Under the pieces are notes generated by a model. It saw nothing but the letters and a program-made list of their open reading frames with translations, searched no databases and was not told the DNA's origin. This document shows positions 1 to 17,984 of a DNA stretch of 64,000 nucleotides, piece after piece. The number at the start of each line of letters is the position of its first letter. Position 1 is the first letter of the stretch. Position numbers and translations under genes: made by a program. This DNA is from the human T2T-CHM13v2.0 reference genome, Homo sapiens. Location of the stretch: assembly GCF_009914755.1 (NCBI RefSeq), contig NC_060941.1; one strand, written 5' to 3'.

Positions 1-269
1 ATGAATTTGGGTTGGGGGAAACTATGGGTATTTTAAGGACAAATGTTCCTTGGCTGTGGATCCAGGCTTTAATAAAAGTCACTTTTCTCTTGGCTGTATA
101 CGAACTATCCCCACCTTTCTCTTCTCCTTGGCTGGCGTAACAGGACTCAAAGCCAGTCTCGTATCTTTAAACATGATCTCTCCTTTCTTCCTGGAAGATC
201 TTGAAGTTTTTGAAGATTCACCCTTGTTGAACAGGTACCTGGAGGTGGGCCTTTTAATTTCCACACTGA

Positions 270-1301
<1,032 letters not shown>

Positions 1302-1770
1302 TGAGCAGCACATTTCTTTTTGTCTCTGGAATGGATATCAACGCAACCAGGTTGCTTCCGGGGCATGGTCTCAGGCCCCACCACACACGCAGCCTCTGCC
1401 CCTCTCTCTGACTCCCATGCTCACTTTGGTCCTCCCCCATGAGTGCTCTGCTCCTCTTCCCCTTCCCCTCTTTTTTTCAGTCCGAAAGAGGAGGCATGCT
1501 GGCTGGATAAAAGGGAGCCACATCTGTCGCTTCTGCTCTGGGATCTTTCATGGGAGCTCCAGTCCACAGACATGAGTGTCCCTCGATTCTGACAAGGTGA
1601 CAAGGCTCCCTTCCTGTCACCATGCCCGGGCCGAGGAGGTGGCTTTACCAGTGGTGGGGTGGGTGACATGATGGGGACGGGGAGACAAGCTTCCAGAGGG
1701 ATCGTGCAGAATCCATTCAGCACCCTGGCCCAGAAAGCAAGACCATATTTTCCAAATTAAGCATTTAGCC

Positions 1771-2070
1771 AGCTGGGCACAGTGGTTCAGGCCTATAACC
1801 CTAGCACTTTGGAGGCAAGGCAGGAGAATGACTTGAGACCAGGTGTTCGAGAGCAGCCTGGGCAACGTGGCGAAACCCTGTCTCCACCAAAAATAAAAAT
1901 AAAAAAAATTTAGCCGGGCATGGTGGTGGGCACCTGTAATCCCAGCTGCTCAGGAGGCTAAGGTGGAAGGATCACTTGAGCCCAGGAGTTTGAGGCTGCA
2001 GCGAGCTGAGATCACACCACTGCACTCCAGCCTGGACGACAGAGCCAGACACTGTCTCAAAAAAAAAAGA
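1771..2070 (+). mobile_element. AluJ-like
   Basis: Dimeric Alu with A tail. Confidence 0.9.
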
Positions 2071-2255
2071 AAACATTGAGCACTTTGGTTGGCCAGATTA
2101 CAGAGGTGCTGGCTGGCAGGGACCAAGGGACAGCCCTTGGCATGGGGGTGTCTTGGAAATCTTGCTTCCCTGGCCTCCTTGTCGCTGGGGGTGGCCTGAG
2201 CTCCCTGGCGGGTTTTCTGCCCACCTCCTCCTTTTGCATGTCCCTGTCAGCTCAG

Positions 2256-2270
2256 ACAGCAGGGGGCGCT
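2256..2270 (+). promoter_or_regulatory. CTCF motif (forward)
   Basis: ACAGCAGGGGGCGCT matches the CTCF core CCAGCAGGGGGCGCT at 14/15, in unique DNA. Confidence 0.65.
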
Positions 2271-4382
2271 GCAGGACTGGCTGGACGGTCGGGCCAGGGA
2301 GTGGGAGGGCGGGCCTTTAAGCCAAGGTTCAAAGGAAGATCGAGTTACTGCAAAGAAACTGCCTGCCCTGGGCCAGCAGCCAGCACCGAGTAGTTGGGTG
2401 GGAGGGCTTTGTACCCTCTGTCAGTCTCCTCCACCCTAAAGCCACGTCTGCCACGCTGGGGCTGGCCAGCCACGGGGCTGCAGGGCCCTGCAATTTTCTC
2501 AGATGACTTTGGTGGTTTCCTGTGCAGAGTGGTGTGAAGGGCCCTTTCATCGTTCATCGCCCTCCTCTCTCCACTCTCCTTCGCAGGGTCCTGCCAGCCC
2601 CTCCTGCTGGCCTCGGGTTCTGCTCACCTGCCTTCCCCACTCTGGGGAGCTTGGCCTGCCAGGCTGCGGAGCCTCAGGGCTTCAGTCAGCGTCTCTGGGA
2701 TCCCAGGACCCCGTCCTCCCAGCCTGGCGTGAGGGGCCGAGTCCTCCCATCCCCCAGCTGAGCCTGGGCAGGACTTGGGTACCCCCACTTCCCACTGCTC
2801 CTTCCAGCCTGCCCTCTCTCCACGGTGCTGGAGGTGAAAGAGTTAATCACATCTGTGGCGGCTCCTTCCAGGACTCCTCCAAGATATATATTTAGCAGGC
2901 GGGGCGGGGTGGGGCGGGAGAGGCGTGCCAAGATGCCCTGGCACCGCAGCCCCTGCCTTACCACACCGCTCTTCGGAGGGAGGGGCAGGCAGGCAGTGCC
3001 ACAGGAGCCGGGTAGGATGGAGGAAGGGACCCATCTAGATGGAGGGAAGGGGCAGGTACGGGAGTTGGCTTTAAGTGGCTTTAACCACAGCCTAGGGAAG
3101 GCTGCGGTCTCAGAGAGGACTTTGAGGCCCTGTGTGTGGGGTTGGGGGAGGAGCTTGCTCTGTATCCATGAAAGAAGGGCCCAGTGACTCTGTCTCCCAG
3201 GGATGTCGAAGGATTGTGGAAAAGGGCTGGAAACAGCTTAACGGTGAAGGTGATGGGGCAGGGCTGGCTAGAAGAGCTTCTACCACCTATTGAAATGGCT
3301 GGGACCCCTGACCAGGGAGCACCGTGGGAGCATAGCCCTGGCCAGTCCAGGTGACCACCCTCTCAGAGCTGTGCTTTCATTCTGGGACAGCAGCTCTGGT
3401 GTGGCCAGTGGAGACAAGGGCAGACAGGTTTTTCTATGTCCTCCTTAGAGATTATTTCCAAGGACTCTGCCCTCAGGGAGAGCAATGTATTCAGTAGGTA
3501 ACCACTAGGCGGGACTGGTTGCTAAGGGCTGTATTTTGACTCTAAGTGGGGAAACCTGTGATTCACCTTATTCCAATTCCTCCAAGTACCTGGGACCTCT
3601 GGAGGTTCAGTTCACAAGGAAGACGTTTGGTTTGCTCGCTTGCTTTTTTAACGGGAGTGTCTGTACCCTTCCCTAGGTCCCAAGAATAACTCTGCAGATC
3701 TTGGCTTCCCAGCCTCAGGATTGTCCCCAGGGACCAGGACAAAGGGCTTGGTCCTATTGGCTTGTCTCCATGGCGCCTCCCTTCTTCTTCTTCCCAGGTG
3801 AATGGATCAGCTCAGTTAGACCCAAGAGAGCCTCATGCTTGTCCTAGACCTCATTTTCCCGACCCAGTGGCATTCCAGCCACACCTGCTGAGGCCTTGGG
3901 TACCTGCGCATCAGAGTAGCAGCTCCTCCAGCTGGCAGAGAAAGACTTGATTTGCCACAGTTAGCGCGGCCCACTGTGGAAGCAATCCAGGGTTCGCTCG
4001 CCACCCAGCCATGCCAGCTGATGCTGTTTTGATTCCCCTAACCAGGGGCAGTCACTTTTCTAGAACTTTCTGTGTCATGAACCCTCAAGGGAGGCAGCTA
4101 ATGCAACCCTTTCCCAAAGGGCCCTCTCCTAATACCTGCAAATTATAAGGACACTATTTGACTTGATATTATTTCTGGAGGAAAATAAAAGTCAATAAAG
4201 GCACATAAACTGCTCTGTGATTTGAGGCAAAATGAATACAAAAGCCAGGCCCTTCTGCCACACCCACTCACCACGTGATCTTAAGAGAGTCGTTTCTAAT
4301 CTCAGAGTCTCAGTTATCTTGCCTGTAAAATGTGGAGGTTGAGCTACATTAAATCTATGGTCACTTCTCTTACCCAGCTTCG

Positions 4383-5340
<958 letters not shown>

Positions 5341-6309
5341 TAACCCTACGAGGCAGGAATTCTTGTTATTTCCATTTTATACATGGACATACTGAGGGCC
5401 AGAGAGTTTAAGCAATTTGACCAAAGAACACTAGTTAGTGGGGAAAACAGGATTTTAATCGGCCGGTTGCTCTCTGCCTTCTGTACATCTCGCCATTGTG
5501 TGCAAGGCATAGGGAGATGCTAGAGTTAGCAGAGCCTGGATCTAGAAGGCAGGTTCAAGGTGAAGTCAGTCAGTCTTTTGTGTGTCTCAGCACACAGGAG
5601 CACATACCCCTTAACTCTAATGCTGGGAGTTAGATAAAAACGATGAGTAGTTTGGTGTGGCCGGGACCTAGTGGGTAGAAAGGGGGTGATGGAAGATAAC
5701 GTTGGAATGATGGGCTGGTACTGACACTGAAGGTCTTCATACAGCACACTGAGCTCCTGATGGTTCTTAAGGGTATGTTCTAGAAAGATCCTGCTGGTGG
5801 TATTAGGGAGGATGAACTGAAACATCAGGAGGCCGGAGACCCCTTAGGAGGCCAGAGGGATAGCCCAGGCGAGAGACAGGGAGGCCAGGGAGCAGCTGGA
5901 GGGCTACCAGAAGCCTCTGCAGGGTACACTGGGTTTGGAGGAGACCTGGGGGCAGAGGGAGGGAATGCTCACACCCTCTGTGGTCCCTGGAACACTTCTA
6001 GCAAGAAGGAGGATTGTGCAAGAGGCTTAGAGAGAGAAGCAGCAGCGCTCCACTCTGTCATGACATAATCCCCTAGGAGATTTGAGAATGGGGGCTTCAG
6101 CTACCCCTCCCCGTGAGCATCCTGTGTCCATGGGGGCTTAGCCCTGGGTCCAGAGTTTCAGAGGTATCCCTCTGGGCTCTGGACATGTACCCAGAGGTGG
6201 TCGGAAGGGAAGGGTGATTGAGATGGACACAGAGGCACTGCCCTGGCCGGCCTGGTAGCCTGGCCCCACCCTCTGAGGCTCTTCTTGCTTGGCCCCCCTT
6301 GCCCCACTT

Positions 6310-6910
<601 letters not shown>

Positions 6911-7297
6911 CTCCCTTTGCCCTTCTTCTGATGCCAAGGGGCGCAGGGTCCTGTCCTTACAGGGCTCGAGTGGCTGCATGTGAGGAGGCTGCTCCACACC
7001 AGTGTCCACGCCAGAGCTCGGCTCAGTGGCCTGGAGGAAGCTCCCACGGTGATGTGGAGTCTCCAGCTGCTCTCCTGCCCGTGGACTTTCCACCTCATAT
7101 TTCTGGAGTTCTGGACTCTCACCAGCTCTTCCACACTCCCTCACTCCTCTACTCCAACGTGGAAATAAACAGAGAACATGAATGAGAAGGCGCAAAGGCC
7201 ATGATTCAGGGCTTGCTGGGTAACAAGGGGGCAGCCACCACCACCTGTGTTTGAGAGGGACTCAAAGGCGGGCGGGGTAGGGAAGCTCTCGGGTGGC

Positions 7298-9262
<1,965 letters not shown>

Positions 9263-10884
9263 CCAGCAATCTGTGATTATCATCCTAGTTTTTCAGACAA
9301 GTAAACTGGGAATCAGAAAAGTGAGCTGACGTAGCTAAGGTCACAGAACTAGTAAGTTTCAGAACCTGGACAGGAATCTGCCGGTCTCAGCCTTCCGCAG
9401 GCAAAGTTCACAGCTGACTCATTTTTGCCTCCTTGTCTCCCACTCTTAATTACCCCAGTACTTTGGGCATGTTCTCAATAAGTATTTATTGAATGAATGA
9501 ATACAAATTTTTATGACGTCAGTGAGGAAACCAGAGAGGAAAGCCAGAAGAGAGTGAGGGGTCTTCGCTGAGGAGGCCCCTGTAATGAGAACGACGCCGC
9601 TGGGTTCTCTTGGCCACCTCTTCTCTGGCATCCTGCAAGAATCCCAGGTCCTTGGTTGGAGCCTGGAACCACTGGCTGAGAGACTTGTGGGTCTGGGCCA
9701 GCTTGGCCAGGAGGGACCTGGCGTTGGTTTGGAAGGGTGAGAGTCGGGGGAGCCTGCACCCCACGGGGTTACATTGTTATAATTAACATACTGGGGACGG
9801 CTGTCGGATCTCACTGAGAGGAGGGGCAGTCAATGGTGGGGAAGGGCACTTCCTCCCAGGAGCCGCCTGGGGATCCAACCAGGTGGGGAGGGTCAGGAGC
9901 CTCAGGCACTACGGAAGGCAGAATTCTAAGCCCGTCCCATGGACTCCATCCCTGTCCCCAGAGTTACTCCCTTGACCATATTATAGGGCTACACAGTGAA
10001 AGGGATTTATGGTGTAAGAACGGTACCCCAGGGAAACAGCGGTGGCTGGGGAGGTCAGGTGGACCTGGGGGGCCAGGTGTCCAGGCTGCCTGTCCCACCA
10101 TGTCTCGGACTGGCCTCATGGCCCTAGGCCCCTCCCTAAGCCCCAGTTTCTACATCTGCGAAGTGAGGCGCTGGCCCAAGTAATCTAACCCTACCTGTTG
10201 TGATCCAGATTCTTTTGAGCCCCAGGGAGGCCAGGATTAAGGCCGGCTCCCCTGGGTTCCGGCCAATCAGGGGAGTGTGGGTGGTTTCTCGGGCCTGTGG
10301 AAGGAAAGAAGCCGAAGAAATCACTCTTGAAAAGTGGCCGCTATACGAGCGGGCTGGCTGGGTGATCCCTGTGGCATTCTGGTCCCTCTCCCTCCTGCCT
10401 CAGTTCCTCTATGACCTCAAGATGGAAGAGCCACACCTACAAAGAAAAAAAACTATCTGTGAGAAACAGGTGTGCGTGTTGATTTTTCCAAGGGCTTGGC
10501 TCAGCTTTGGGCTGAAAATCCCCAGGCCATCCACAAGGGGTGTGGTCACAACCCAATAAAGACTTCAGTCTCAGAGCCTGGGACCATCCCATCAACCACA
10601 AAATATTATACAGGAGGAGCATGAGCCAGGGAGGGGAGTTGGCCCCTCACCGCCCCCACCTCAGTAGGTGGCCCTTCTGACTCTGCGCTGCTGCTGCAGG
10701 AGATGGCAACACGAGGGTCTCCGCATGCAGCCTGCAGGCGTCTCAGCTTCATGTCCTCAGCCTCCTCTCTTCCTTCTTTTCTCCAGAAAGGAGGCCAGCA
10801 GAAGGCTTGGGCCCTGAAAGCTAAAGGGAAAGGAATGCAACCTGGGCTGGGCAGGAGCAGAAGGAGAGAGGAAAACAGTAGAGG

Positions 10885-11192
10885 GTTTTTTTGTTTTGTT
10901 TTGTTTGAAACGGAGTCTCGCACTGTCACCCAGGCTGGAGTGCAATGGCGCGACGTGATCTCAGCTCACTGCAACCTCCTCTTCCCAGGTTCAAGCGATT
11001 CTCCTGCCTCAGCCTCCCAAGTAGCTGGAATTACAGGCACCTGCCACCACCCCTGGCTAATTTTTTGTATTTTTAGTAGAGAAGGAGTTTCACTGTGTTG
11101 TCCAGGCTGGTCTCAAACACCTGACCTCATGGTCCACCCGCCTCGGCCTCCCAAAGTGCTGGGATTACAGGCGTGAGCCACCGCACCCAGCC
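10885..11192 (-). mobile_element. AluS, antisense
   Basis: Alu motifs; TSD AACAGTAGAGG. Confidence 0.9.
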
Positions 11193-12529
11193 AACAGTAG
11201 AGGTTTGAAGATGTGAAGATGGAGTCCCTGGGAGAAAGGGGGCCTTAGTGGTTTAGAAGCCAGAAGGTTTAGAGGAAATGGGATGAAAACATGCAAAAAC
11301 GAAGGAGTTGCGAGACAAAATGCTTCCCTGACAGAGCTGCTTGGTTGGTAACAACTCAAATTTGGCAAAAGGCACCTTGGTTTCATCCTAGCATCTACAG
11401 TGCTTATGGTCCTTACTGGGAGGAGAGGGAGCCAGGTCCAGAACCCTCTGTTGCCTCTCTGAGGTTCTAGCAGCAGTTCCCAGGCTCTCTCCTCCAGGCT
11501 CTGGTCAATCGGATACCTTCCTTTGGCTTCGAAAGGGCAGACACATCCAGCCACACCAGTCTTACTGCCCTTGCTGTGCTAAATCCTGTCCAGCTGACAC
11601 CGCAGTTTCTGGGCCCCACGGAATCTTGGCTCCCCGGGCTCTCTGACCACTCACACCCCTTGTTCCTGCAGACAGTCCTGCCATGCCTCTTGCTATCCCA
11701 GAGGGAAGAAAAGGCCACAAGACCAAGTAGTTGACTTTGCATGGGAGTTTCGAATTAAGTTGTTTGACTGCAAAGAGGAGGGCCCTTTTCAAATCTTCCA
11801 GGACCTGAAACTCGACAAGGAAGGGGAATGCCAAGGTTGAGTCTGAGATATCAGCTCATGAGCCAGAAGGAGAAGGGAGCTGCGCAAATGGTTGTTCTGC
11901 TCAGTGGGGCCCCAGGGCGAGGCCCTGCAGCTAAGAAAACGCTTTTGGTGGTTTTCGCTGCAGGTGCCTACATTCTTGTGTAACTGTAGGGGAGAGGGGC
12001 CTGGGTGAGGGGAGAGGAGGCTCCCGCTTGGCCTTGCTACAAATAATAGCATTGAAGGGAGCTAGAAGCACGTTAAGCAAAGCCCTGGAAACGCGTTAAG
12101 GGCAGACTCTCAAGGAATCTGGATGCCCACAGCCAGGCAAGAGGCCAGGTTGAGAGATGGTTGTGGGATGCCCCGTGAGCAGGGTCCTCCCCCTCCTCTT
12201 TGCCCTGCCCTACCCTGCCCAATATCAGGCTATCTGCGGGGGACAGGCCAGGAGCTGCCTCTCTGGGCTGGGCACCATCTGGGTGGCCAGGAGGTGAGCC
12301 CGGGAATGCCCAGGAAGAGCCAAGTCCTGAAGTCACTGTGCCCAGGCCTGCCCTTCCCTAAGAGGGGGTATGGGGGGAGTGGGGAGGCAAGCAGGTGGGA
12401 GATTGGAGAACTCCAAGGCTGTCTTCAGCGCATGAGACCAGAGTTTGAGGGTGGGGGAGTATCAGGGAGGCAGGTTGGGGCCATTAGTGGGTGAGATCCC
12501 TGGTAGTGGGACCAGGCAGGCTGTATTTA

Positions 12530-13304
12530 TCCCGTCCTTCCTTCCTTCCTTCCTTCTTTCCTTCCTTTCTCTTTCTCTCTCTTTCTCTCCCCCTTCCTTA
12601 CCTCCTTCCTTCCTTTCTCTCTTTCTTCCTTCCTTCTTTCCTTCCCTTCTTTTACTTTTTCCTTCCCTTCTTCTTTCTTTCCTTCTCTCTTCCTTCCTTC
12701 ATTCCTTCCTTCCTTTCTTTCTTTCTTTCTCTCCTTCCTTCGTCTCTCTTCTCTTCTTATTTTCTTCCTCCTTCCCTTTTCTTTCTTTCTCTCTTCCTTT
12801 CCTTCTCTATTCCTTCCTTCCTTCCTTCTTTCCTTCCTTTCTCTTTCTCTCCCTCTTCCTCTCCCCCTTCCTTACCTCCTTCCTTCCTCTCTCTTTCTTC
12901 CTTCCTTCTTTCCTTCCCTTCTTTTTCTTTTTCCTTCCCTTCTTCTTTCTCTTTCCTTCCCTTCTTTTTCTTTTTTCTTTCTTTCTTTCTTTCTTCCTCT
13001 CTTCCTTCCTTAATTCCTTTCTTTCTTTGTTTCTTTCTTTCTCTCCTTCCTTCCTTTCTCTCTCTCCTCTCATTTTCTTCCTTCCTTCCTCTTTCTTTTT
13101 CTTTCTCTTCCTTTCCTTCTCTCTTCCTTCCTTCTTTCATTCCTTTCTTTCTTTCTCCCCTTCCTTTCTTCCTTCCTTTCTTCTCTCCTTATTTTCTTTG
13201 CTTTTTTTTTTGTTTGTTTGTTTTCTTTTTCTCCTTATTTTCTTCCCTCCTCTTTCTTTCTTTCTCTTCCTTTCTTTCTGTTTTTATTTTTATTTTTATT
13301 TTTT
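12530..13304 (+). repeat. ~770-bp polypyrimidine (TTCC/TTTC/TCTC) tract
   Basis: Almost exclusively C/T, with an internal higher-order duplication. Confidence 0.97.
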
Positions 13305-13547
13305 GAGCTAGGGTCTCACTTTGTCACCCAGGCTGGATGGAGCACAGTGACACGACCACAGCTCACTGCACCCTCCACATCCCACCTCAGCCTCCTGAAT
13401 AGCTGGGACTCCAGGCACACGCCCCCGCACCTGGCGAATTTTTAAATTTTGGTAGCAACTTGGGGTCTCACTATGTTGCCCAGGCTGGCCTCGAACTCTT
13501 GGGCTCCCAAAGTGCTGGGATTCCAGGTGAGAGACACCGCACTGGCC
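13305..13547 (-). mobile_element. Degenerate AluJ-like, antisense
   Basis: Alu motifs with internal deletions. Confidence 0.85.
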
Positions 13548-13640
13548 ACCAGGCTGTATTTCTTTTGGGTTCAGAGTGCTCCGCACAGTCTTGAGCCCCC
13601 TCTTCAGGATGTACGGTCTCCATGGGGCTCTGAGGGTGTT

Positions 13641-14045
13641 TGATGAAATGTACAGGAAGCCATTGGCTTGGGCTGAGCTCCTGCACGAGGCCCAGCAGAC
13701 CAAACCGAAATGGAATCATTCATGCTGAAGTTCTGCGTCACCCAGCTGACACTAAGTTGTTTATCTGACATTCTGAGACATCAGGAGAGTGAGGGATAAT
13801 AGCCAGATCCCCAAACAGGCCAGTTTTAGCCAGCATGATAAGGAAGTCCCCTCTGCTTTAATCTTACAAGGAAAATAACTTTGAAATCTGATGTTTGTTC
13901 TGTTTCTGCTTTCAAAGCCAACCTCTACTGCTCAGCTCAATCCGAACACTCATTCTATAGTGTAAGGTGAGATATTGCCCAATTCTAGAATCCAAGTAAA
14001 AGCCAATTAAGATCTTTAAATTTGTTGTAATTTTGTCTTTTGACA
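13641..14045 (+). mobile_element. ERV1-type solo LTR (subfamily uncertain)
   Basis: TG...CA termini, LTR-like body (GGAAGTCCCCTCTGC, CTGCTCAGCTCA) and a poly(A)-signal-like region. Confidence 0.6.
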
Positions 14046-14249
14046 AGAGAAAGGAGCTTTCAGGGGGAGGGGCCATTTCCTCTCTGTCTCTAGATCTCCT
14101 GTGTATATGGGAAGAGCTGGGACCAGGCCCAGCAATTACCTCACCATGGTTGGGTGCAACCAAGTGGGGCAACTCTTTGGCCAGAAAGCAAAAGTCTTTT
14201 TAGCTTCAATGTAGGCCATTCTGGGTCCCAGACCCACAGCTTTGGACAT

Positions 14250-14847
14250 TATGGGAATCAGAATTCTTAGATGGCTTCACAATCTCTGTCCCTGGGTGTG
14301 TTACTCCCTTGATGATATTATATTATATGGCAGAAGGGATCTGCAGTGTAATTAACATTACCAATCAGTTGATCTCCAAGTAGGTCAGTTATCTGAGTGG
14401 GCTGGATCTAATCCCACGAGCTTATTAAAAGCAGAGAGTTTCTCCAATAGCAGAAGGGAAGTCAGAGAGATTCTAAGCACAAGAAGAATGGGATGCACGT
14501 TCACTGGCTTTAAAGATGCAGGAAGCATTACATGGAAAGGACTTGTGAACAGCCCCAAGGAGCTCAGAGAGACGCCCAGCCAACGGCCAGCAAGAAAACA
14601 GGAACCTCAGTCCTGCAACCACAAGGAAGTGGGTTCTGTCAACAACCTAAGTGAACCTGGAAGTCGATTCCTCCCTAGAGCCTCTGGATGAGAGCCCAGG
14701 CTGACCAACACCTTGATTTTGGCTTCCTGACATCCTAAGCAGAGATCCAGTGAAGCCTGCCCCAGATGGCTAACCTACAGAACCGTGAGCAAATAAATGG
14801 CTGCTAAATTTGTGGCAATTTGTTATGCAGAAATAATACCTAATACA
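14250..14847 (+). mobile_element. MaLR LTR (MLT1D/E-like)
   Basis: Characteristic CAGCAAGAAAACAGGAACCTCAGTCCT...ACACCTTGATT...AATAAA...CTAATACA. Confidence 0.85.
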
Positions 14848-15265
14848 GGTGCCTGCACAGTGAAGGTTCCAGGGCATGGATGTTGATCCCAGGGGAGGAG
14901 GCAAATGAGGCCTTCTGATTTCTCCCACAGCCTTGAAATTGCAGCCTCACCCTGCACTCTGGCTGTGCCCCTCCTCCACAGAGAACCGTCCACATCTTTG
15001 CTCGCACGGTTTCTGCCAGAGGCCCAAGCTTCTGTGCTCAGGCTGGGAAGTTTGGGCATGAACTATGTACAGATAAACCAATTGCAGGGGAATCGCACAG
15101 CTTCTTATTATCATTATCCAGGTTTCTTATTAGTTTTCTTCTCTGTTAATTTTCCCCTGTATTTCTGCCCAGTTCTGATGCTGTTGGATCTTCCAATCCT
15201 TGGCAAAAGGAAAATCCTTTTTAGCAAGTTACTCAGGCGGGACTCCCTAATTAAAGACCCAGAGT

Positions 15266-15555
15266 GGCCAGGCGCGGTGGCTCGTGCGTGTAATCCCAGC
15301 ATTTTGGGATGCCAAGGCGGGTGGATAGCTTGAGCCTAGGAGTTTGAGACGAACCTGGGCAACATAGGGAGACCCTGTCTCTACAAAATATAAAAATAAA
15401 TTAGCTGGTCCTGGTGGCATGCACCTGTAGTCCCAGCTCTTGGGAGGCTGAGGTGGAAGGGTGGCTTGAGCACAAGAAGTTGAGGCTACAGTGCACTATG
15501 ATCATGCCACTGCACTCCCGCCTGGGTGACAGAGTGAGACCCTGTCTCAAAAACA
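15266..15555 (+). mobile_element. AluJ-like
   Basis: Alu motifs. Confidence 0.9.
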
Positions 15556-15617
15556 GAAACTCAAAATGACTTGCTCTCTCTCCCGGTCTTGTGACCTAAA
15601 TGGCTTGATTTAGGACG

Positions 15618-16060
15618 TGTGGCAGAGATGGTTAGCTGTCTACCAAAATCTGCACACCCCTTTCATAGCACAGTATTGTCACTAAGAGCAGAGACTACAT
15701 TTCCCAGCTGCCTTTGCAACTGGGTGTGTCCACGTGACAAATTCCTACCAGTAGAATGTGAGCAGAAAAGCTGTGCAGCCCCTCTGAGCCAAGGCATCAG
15801 AAGCAGGTGTGCTTCCTTCATCACTTCCCTCCTCTTTGCCAGCTGGATATAGGTACCAACGAGACCCTGGGGAAGGGGAGAGCCCTGAGATGGAAGGAGC
15901 CTGGGTCCCTGAATCACCACGTGGAGGAAAGCCACTGACCAATCAGGAACGCTCGTCTTGGTCTGTTATGTGACTAAGAAATAAATTCCTAAGGTATTTG
16001 AGCTATTATACATTTGGGAGTCTATCTGTGACTGCTTTTTAGCTTACCCTTCATAATACA
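15618..16060 (+). mobile_element. MaLR LTR (MLT1I/J-like)
   Basis: TGTGGCAGA start, ACTACATTTCCCAG, GAGCCTGGGTCCCTGA, AATAAA, TAATACA end. Confidence 0.8.
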
Positions 16061-17984
16061 CTTCCCTCTTTGGCCCCCAGTGTAAATCAAGTTGCACAAG
16101 GTGCTGACTAAACTCCCAGGATGAAAACCTTCAAATATCCCTGTACCTCACTTTCCTCGGCTGGCTCCCATCCCTGTCTTGGTTCACACTGCTTGCTCCA
16201 AAGTCTGGCTGACTCAGCTGGCCTGGGCCATCATCCATCTGCTGTCAAAGAGTGCCTGGCTCACAGCAAAAAGAACATTTATTCCCCCAAAACATAGGGT
16301 TCTTTTTTTCAGCAAAGGTGGTGCAGCAATATATTTGGAGACGCAGACTGCGAGTCAGCACATGCTCCCGGTTCCCTTGGGACACAGTCAGGGAGCTCAT
16401 GTCTTCAGCCCCAGCTCCCCCAGCAAGAGCCTCCAGTGGTCGGGGGAGAGGAGAGAAGAGCAGTGGAGAGGGGGAGGAAAGCAGAAAGAGGTGACAATTC
16501 TCTCAGAAAGCAATTAAGCATTTCGTGGTGGCCCCAGGGACAACCTCAACTTTTTGTGTTTTTCCCCCAGAGAGACTGAAGAACTGGGGGGAGGAGAGCA
16601 TCCCTAGCTACAGTTATTGAAAACTCTGCTTGGTAATGTGGCATTGAGAGACTCTGAGAAGCTGGCTTCAGGAAGGTGGCCCCACACTGCCTGCCCACCA
16701 CCTGGGATGCCACCTGCCGCAACGGTGTTGGTCTCTGGTCAAGGCTGGGGTAAAGATCAGCAGTGGCTCATCTTCCCTCTGACACAGCAGCATGGGACAC
16801 CTGGATGGAACTGAAATGGGGTCCCAGATACAGCAAACCTCTCTCCCTGTCCACTTCTGAAGTCCAGCTCGGGATTGCCGGCCCCAGCAGAGCAGGCAGG
16901 GGAGCTTTGACTGTGGATGGTGTTTGAGCCTAGACTAGGCCCCAGGGTCTTCAATGAAGCTCACAGATGGAAAAGCCCAGCAACCAGGGGTCAGAGGCCC
17001 TGGAAGTTAGAAAATTACAAGTCCCCATCCTTCAAGGAGCTCCAGGATGACTCTGCCTCAGCAATTTCCAGTGCAAATTTACTTTTTGTTTGAGTCAGGA
17101 AATAACAGGCTGCAGACTCCCTAGGGGCCCAGGAATCCAGCCACCCGCTTCTCCTGGCTTCTCTCATCCTTCCGTGAGCAAGACTCAGCCAGACGTACAG
17201 GGTGGCCCCGAGCTTAAATTACAACCACCTGACCAGAGCTGCCCCGCAGATGCCCAGACCCTGCTTAGAGAGGGTCCCTGTGGAGAGAGGGGCTTCCCCA
17301 GGCCTCTGGCTGGTCGCATGCGTGGCCTGAATTCTCCATGCACAGGCAAGAGGCTGTCTCTACTTCCCACCCTAGGCAACTCTTAGCACTAACCCTGAAG
17401 TGACGATGAGCCACGGAGCCAGGGTGGAAGCTACACAGTGCGTCTCACGTGACTTCCAGTGAGAGCTGTTCCCAAGTTTACCATCCCTCGGCGGTGGCTC
17501 ACCACCCTCTCTGCCCAAAGTCCTCTCAATAGCCTAAGTCTCTTCCCTCCACTCAGCCTCATTGCTCTCATTTTGTCACTTAGAGCTTAGTGACATTTTG
17601 CTTTCTTCCAAATCCTCCTTCTTGCAGTCTAGCTGGGTCCTTTCATGCCTAGTTTACAAAGATGTCTGGCCTGATCCCTATCTGCCAGCCCCTATCCCTC
17701 CCAGGGGGACCAGGAAGCCTGGGTTTGACAGGTGCAATGCACAGGTGCCGGGCGCCCACTGGGAGTGCAGGAGGCCAAGGTCTTCCCAGGACTGGCAGCT
17801 CAGATGGCCCAGGCAGAAATAACCTGAGCCTGCTGCCCTTTCCTTCTTGGGAGTGACTCAGCGAGAAGCCGGAAGATAGAAACACAAATCTGGTCCTGGA
17901 TCTTGCAGAGCCAGTCACAGGCAAGGCCACAGCCTTAAGGCTGTGTACGGAGAGGACCTGGAGCCAGCCATAGGGCTGGACGCT

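Noticed and set aside
12445-13311. 288/271-aa Phe/Leu/Ser 'membrane protein' ORFs and Lys/Glu/Arg antisense ORFs
   Set aside because: Translations of the pyrimidine microsatellite.
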